Of a stretch of 64,000 bases of DNA, positions 60,693 to 64,000 are shown one piece after another; within the stretch, counting starts at the first letter, position 1; each line of letters opens with the position of its first letter. A model generated the notes under the pieces. It searched no databases. It saw only the letters and a program-made list of their open reading frames with translations, and was not told the origin of the DNA. The position numbers were made by a program, and so were the translations under genes. The DNA is from Cycas panzhihuaensis (taxonomy: Eukaryota > Plantae > Cycadophyta). The stretch lies in assembly GCA_023213395.1 (NCBI GenBank), contig CM041465.1, positions 245,713,741 to 245,777,740 on the forward strand, read 5' to 3'.

Positions 60693-63600
60693 TGTTAAAA
60701 CTTTGTAATAACACCTTCATTTCTTTGTAATATATGTTAATTTTGTATATAATGTGTACCTTAGGCGACCCACATTATAAATTTAATCATATTTTGTATT
60801 TATGTCAGGTTTGCTGAATGTGTCGCTTAGTCGGCCAATTGTATTCATTAAAATCTTGATGGGATGCTTATAAATTAAGTCCCAAACTATTCATTTGTAT
60901 ATGATTTTGAAGTATATGTGGAAGCTCTACCATTTTTGAGCCTCATGTGATGACCAATTTGTCTGTGAATCATTATCTCTATTCAGCTCTTGTATTTTAC
61001 TTGTCTGTTACATTATTTTGATAGTATAACTTGATATTAGATTAGTAACACATGATTTCTAGATCTTGGAAGGTTTTTATCATGGTATCAGAGCAACTTT
61101 ATGCTCAGATTTGAAGATTTTTGAGAAAATAGTGGAAAATAAAGGCTCGTTCCCTTATAAGGACACCCTATTTTTAGTCATTTCTCCATTTTTCTCTTAG
61201 TTATTGGTGTAAGCTGTTGTGTTGATGTAAAGTTCAAGCATTCTTCAACATATTTCAATTCCATACAACTAATAATCAGTTCATTTGCAGTTGTACTTAC
61301 TTAGAGGTCTATTTTTTATCAAATAATGGAGGAAACAACTCATTTTCAAGCCACTTCAACCCTAGATTGAGACAAATCTGCTTGTTGGAGCTATATCTTC
61401 CTCCGTGGTTGTTATTTAGCTTTAGTCTATAAGAGTCTATTTAAAGGAGTTTCATGTTGTTTTAAGTTTGTTTTCTATAAGCTTTACCTTACAGAAACCC
61501 CACACATTATGTAGCTTATATCTGCTCGTCTAGGGCTTGTTTTGTATCAAATATCCTTCCTTGTCATGTCACTGACTCTTGCCTTCCCTCTCATGCACTC
61601 GTAGATTAAAAAATTTGAGATTTAAAGGCTCATTGGGCTCTTGTTCCTCCCATAGGTCGCCCATGGCTGTACGTAGTTTATGCAGACTCTACAAATTTAT
61701 TTTCTTTAAAAACTTTTATGTTTTCCATTAAGATTAACTTTAGATCATTGAAATCAAATCATATTTGATAATTCTTAGGATTACGACCCTTTAGCCCCCT
61801 TGATTTGGTCCTTTTGATCTCTCATATGATTATAATCATTACAAAAGTGGTAGATTCCAAATAACTATATGTTATTTTAGATTATTTTTGCAATTTCAAA
61901 AACTTCAAATCATATTTCATAAAATTTTAGGTCCATTAGCCCCTAGCTACATCAACGAGTGGTTTTGTGCAGTCTGTAGGTGACCGTGGGCCAATTTTGA
62001 AGGGGTTTAAGCCTATCCCTCTTAAGGTTTTCTCCCAACAGAGCACCTATAACCGTCTTGGCCATAACTCTGCAATCAGCTATCTGATTTCCAATCCGTC
62101 TAGACCGTCGAAAAGTGGATTCAAAGGACTATAACTTGGAATCAAATTGAGCCAAATTTGAAACCGTTTTGCTAAAGTTATAAACTACTTAAGTAGAGCT
62201 TGGTGTTAGAGCATCTTTAAGCCTTTTTCTCATTTCTTAAAAGCTAAATTTAGATTTTCAGAAGTTCTTTTGCTGCTTTATGCCATTTTTAATTTTTAGT
62301 CATTTGTCTTATTTTATTTTTTTAGGGTAACAAAGTGCATGGTGTTGGTTTTTTGTGGGTGTCACTCTTGGAAGATAAAAGTGGATCTCTCTTATGCAAG
62401 CGCACTTAAGATCACTCTAAACCCTTTCTTTTTCATTAATTTCTTTTATTTCTATTTTATATTTTAGTTATTTTGTTAAAAAAGAACCTTTGTATGTAAT
62501 AAGTTACTTTATAAGATCAATATTATCACATTAAAAAAGATGACTTTCGAATTAACCTCCTTATACTAGCCTTGCAAGGGTAACAATTAAGACCTTTGAA
62601 GTTACCACGTCACATATGCTATTGGTGTACTCTAATTTGTTGAGGAAACCATTGACTATAAGGTGTCAAGTTGAGGTGGAAACCTTTCTATTAGAGTTTG
62701 GAGACTAGGCTAGACCCGAAAGGGGTGAGTGCCTTAGTTAGTCAAGTTCTCACTACTAGATCTGTCACTAGGCACAAGTCTGGTGCAGGTGGGGAAATAA
62801 GTAGACCTTCATTGCAACCCATGTATTGAGGTATATAGATCCTTGAACTCATTTACCGGTATATAGGACCCTTGGTTTGCCACTTGTGGGCAAATACCAC
62901 TAAATAGAATAGTAACTCAGAACTTTCTTGGAGACCCTTAAGACTTAAAATTCTAGATTAGCAGCCCCTTAGGTAGATTAGTACTTGAGCACATGAATTT
63001 TAAAGATACAAAATAAAAAGAAAAAAAAAAAACTCTTAGAAAAATGGCATCACAAATGTTATTATCCAACATAATTAAACTTAATGGTATAAAAAATTTC
63101 ATACCATGGAAAAAAGAAGTTAAAAATCTACTTATCATAAATGACTTTTAGGCCTAAATAGAGACATACCCCTTCCTAGACCAACACAAAATCCCAACGA
63201 TCTTGACACCTTAATTCCTCTTGATGCTATAACCTTATCCAAATTTAGAGCTAAGGATAATATTACTTTGTTCTTCCTCTACTTGGTAGTTGAAGACCAA
63301 GTGTATTAAAACATATAAACAATCGAAACATCTCATGAGGCATAAACCATTTTTTATGCCCTCTATGAAAGAAATGATGAATTTAAGTCCTTGACCCTTA
63401 AAGCTCATCTATATGTCATCCCTTTTGTAGGCACTATCACAACCCATTTAACTGCAGTAAAGACCATTATGATCCAATTGATAATCCTAGGTGAACCACC
63501 TTTAGATCATGACCTCATATCTAACATCCTAAAACTTTTACTCACAGAATATAATAGTTTTATCTTTAAACTTCATGACAATTATTCAAAAATAGACTTT

Positions 63601-64000
63601 ATCACATTTAAGCTCTCTTGCTATGGGAAGAGAACATTCTCAATAAACTTAGGGTTACATTTACTTCTGACTTAATGCTTGTCTTTACAACCCATAATTC
63701 ACAAAAAGGTAAGACTGTACAAAAGATAACTCAATAGTCAAGTCAACTATAAAACCTTGCTCAATAATTAGATTCTCTCAATATATCTCAAGAGTCATAT
63801 CAACAACTAACTCAGCAATAACAACAACCAGTAAGTACCTTTTCCAATCCAAGTCAGCAACTGCAGTAGCCCAAATAACAGCCATAGTTTCAACGACAAA
63901 AGAACCACTGGAGTAGATCAAATATCACCTACCTTTACTATGGAAAAACTAGACACCTCATTGTTGAATGTAGAAGATGTCAAGTTGATTTGTAAATCTT
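60693..64000 (+). mobile_element. Ty1/copia 5' part: LTR (~60693-61082), PBS, ~2-kb leader, degenerate gag; runs off the window
   Basis: PBS TGGTATCAGAGC 61083-61094; gag from ATG 63044 (KLNGIKNFIPWKKEVK..LLTEYNSF); decayed knuckle YLYYGKTRHLIVEC at ~63930-63970. Confidence 0.88.
62571..62992 (+). promoter_or_regulatory. Candidate structured RNA element upstream of gag (copy 2)
   Basis: Colinear with the reverse complement of 56293-56730; several hairpins; ends ~50 nt before the gag ATG. Confidence 0.55.

Noticed and set aside
62571-62992. Group I/II intron or tRNA identity for the conserved leader block
   Set aside because: No group II domain V, group I P7 core or cloverleaf was recognisable by eye.

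Overview
Eukaryotic, AT-rich plant genomic DNA typical of a large repeat-rich genome (the element styles suggest a fern or gymnosperm; this is inference). The only host gene is the 3' part of an RRP12-like pre-rRNA processing gene: 7 exons at 32027-34801 on the + strand. No upstream exon was found in the preceding 32 kb, which suggests a giant TE-filled intron. The rest is nested, decayed LTR retrotransposons: Ty1/copia, Ty3/gypsy (including a chromovirus), gag-only non-autonomous elements and a solo LTR, four of them with target-site duplications. The most interesting signals are: (1) a ~430-nt non-coding block with conserved, apparently co-varying hairpins just upstream of gag in two otherwise dissimilar copia elements, and more weakly in the chromovirus leader (IRES- or packaging-like structured RNA candidate); (2) a perfect 236-bp spacerless palindrome at the centre of a much more diverged head-to-head element pair; (3) a gypsy family with a 3' extra ORF that is kept even in a pol-less derivative with five zinc knuckles; (4) a second capsid-like domain between protease and RT.
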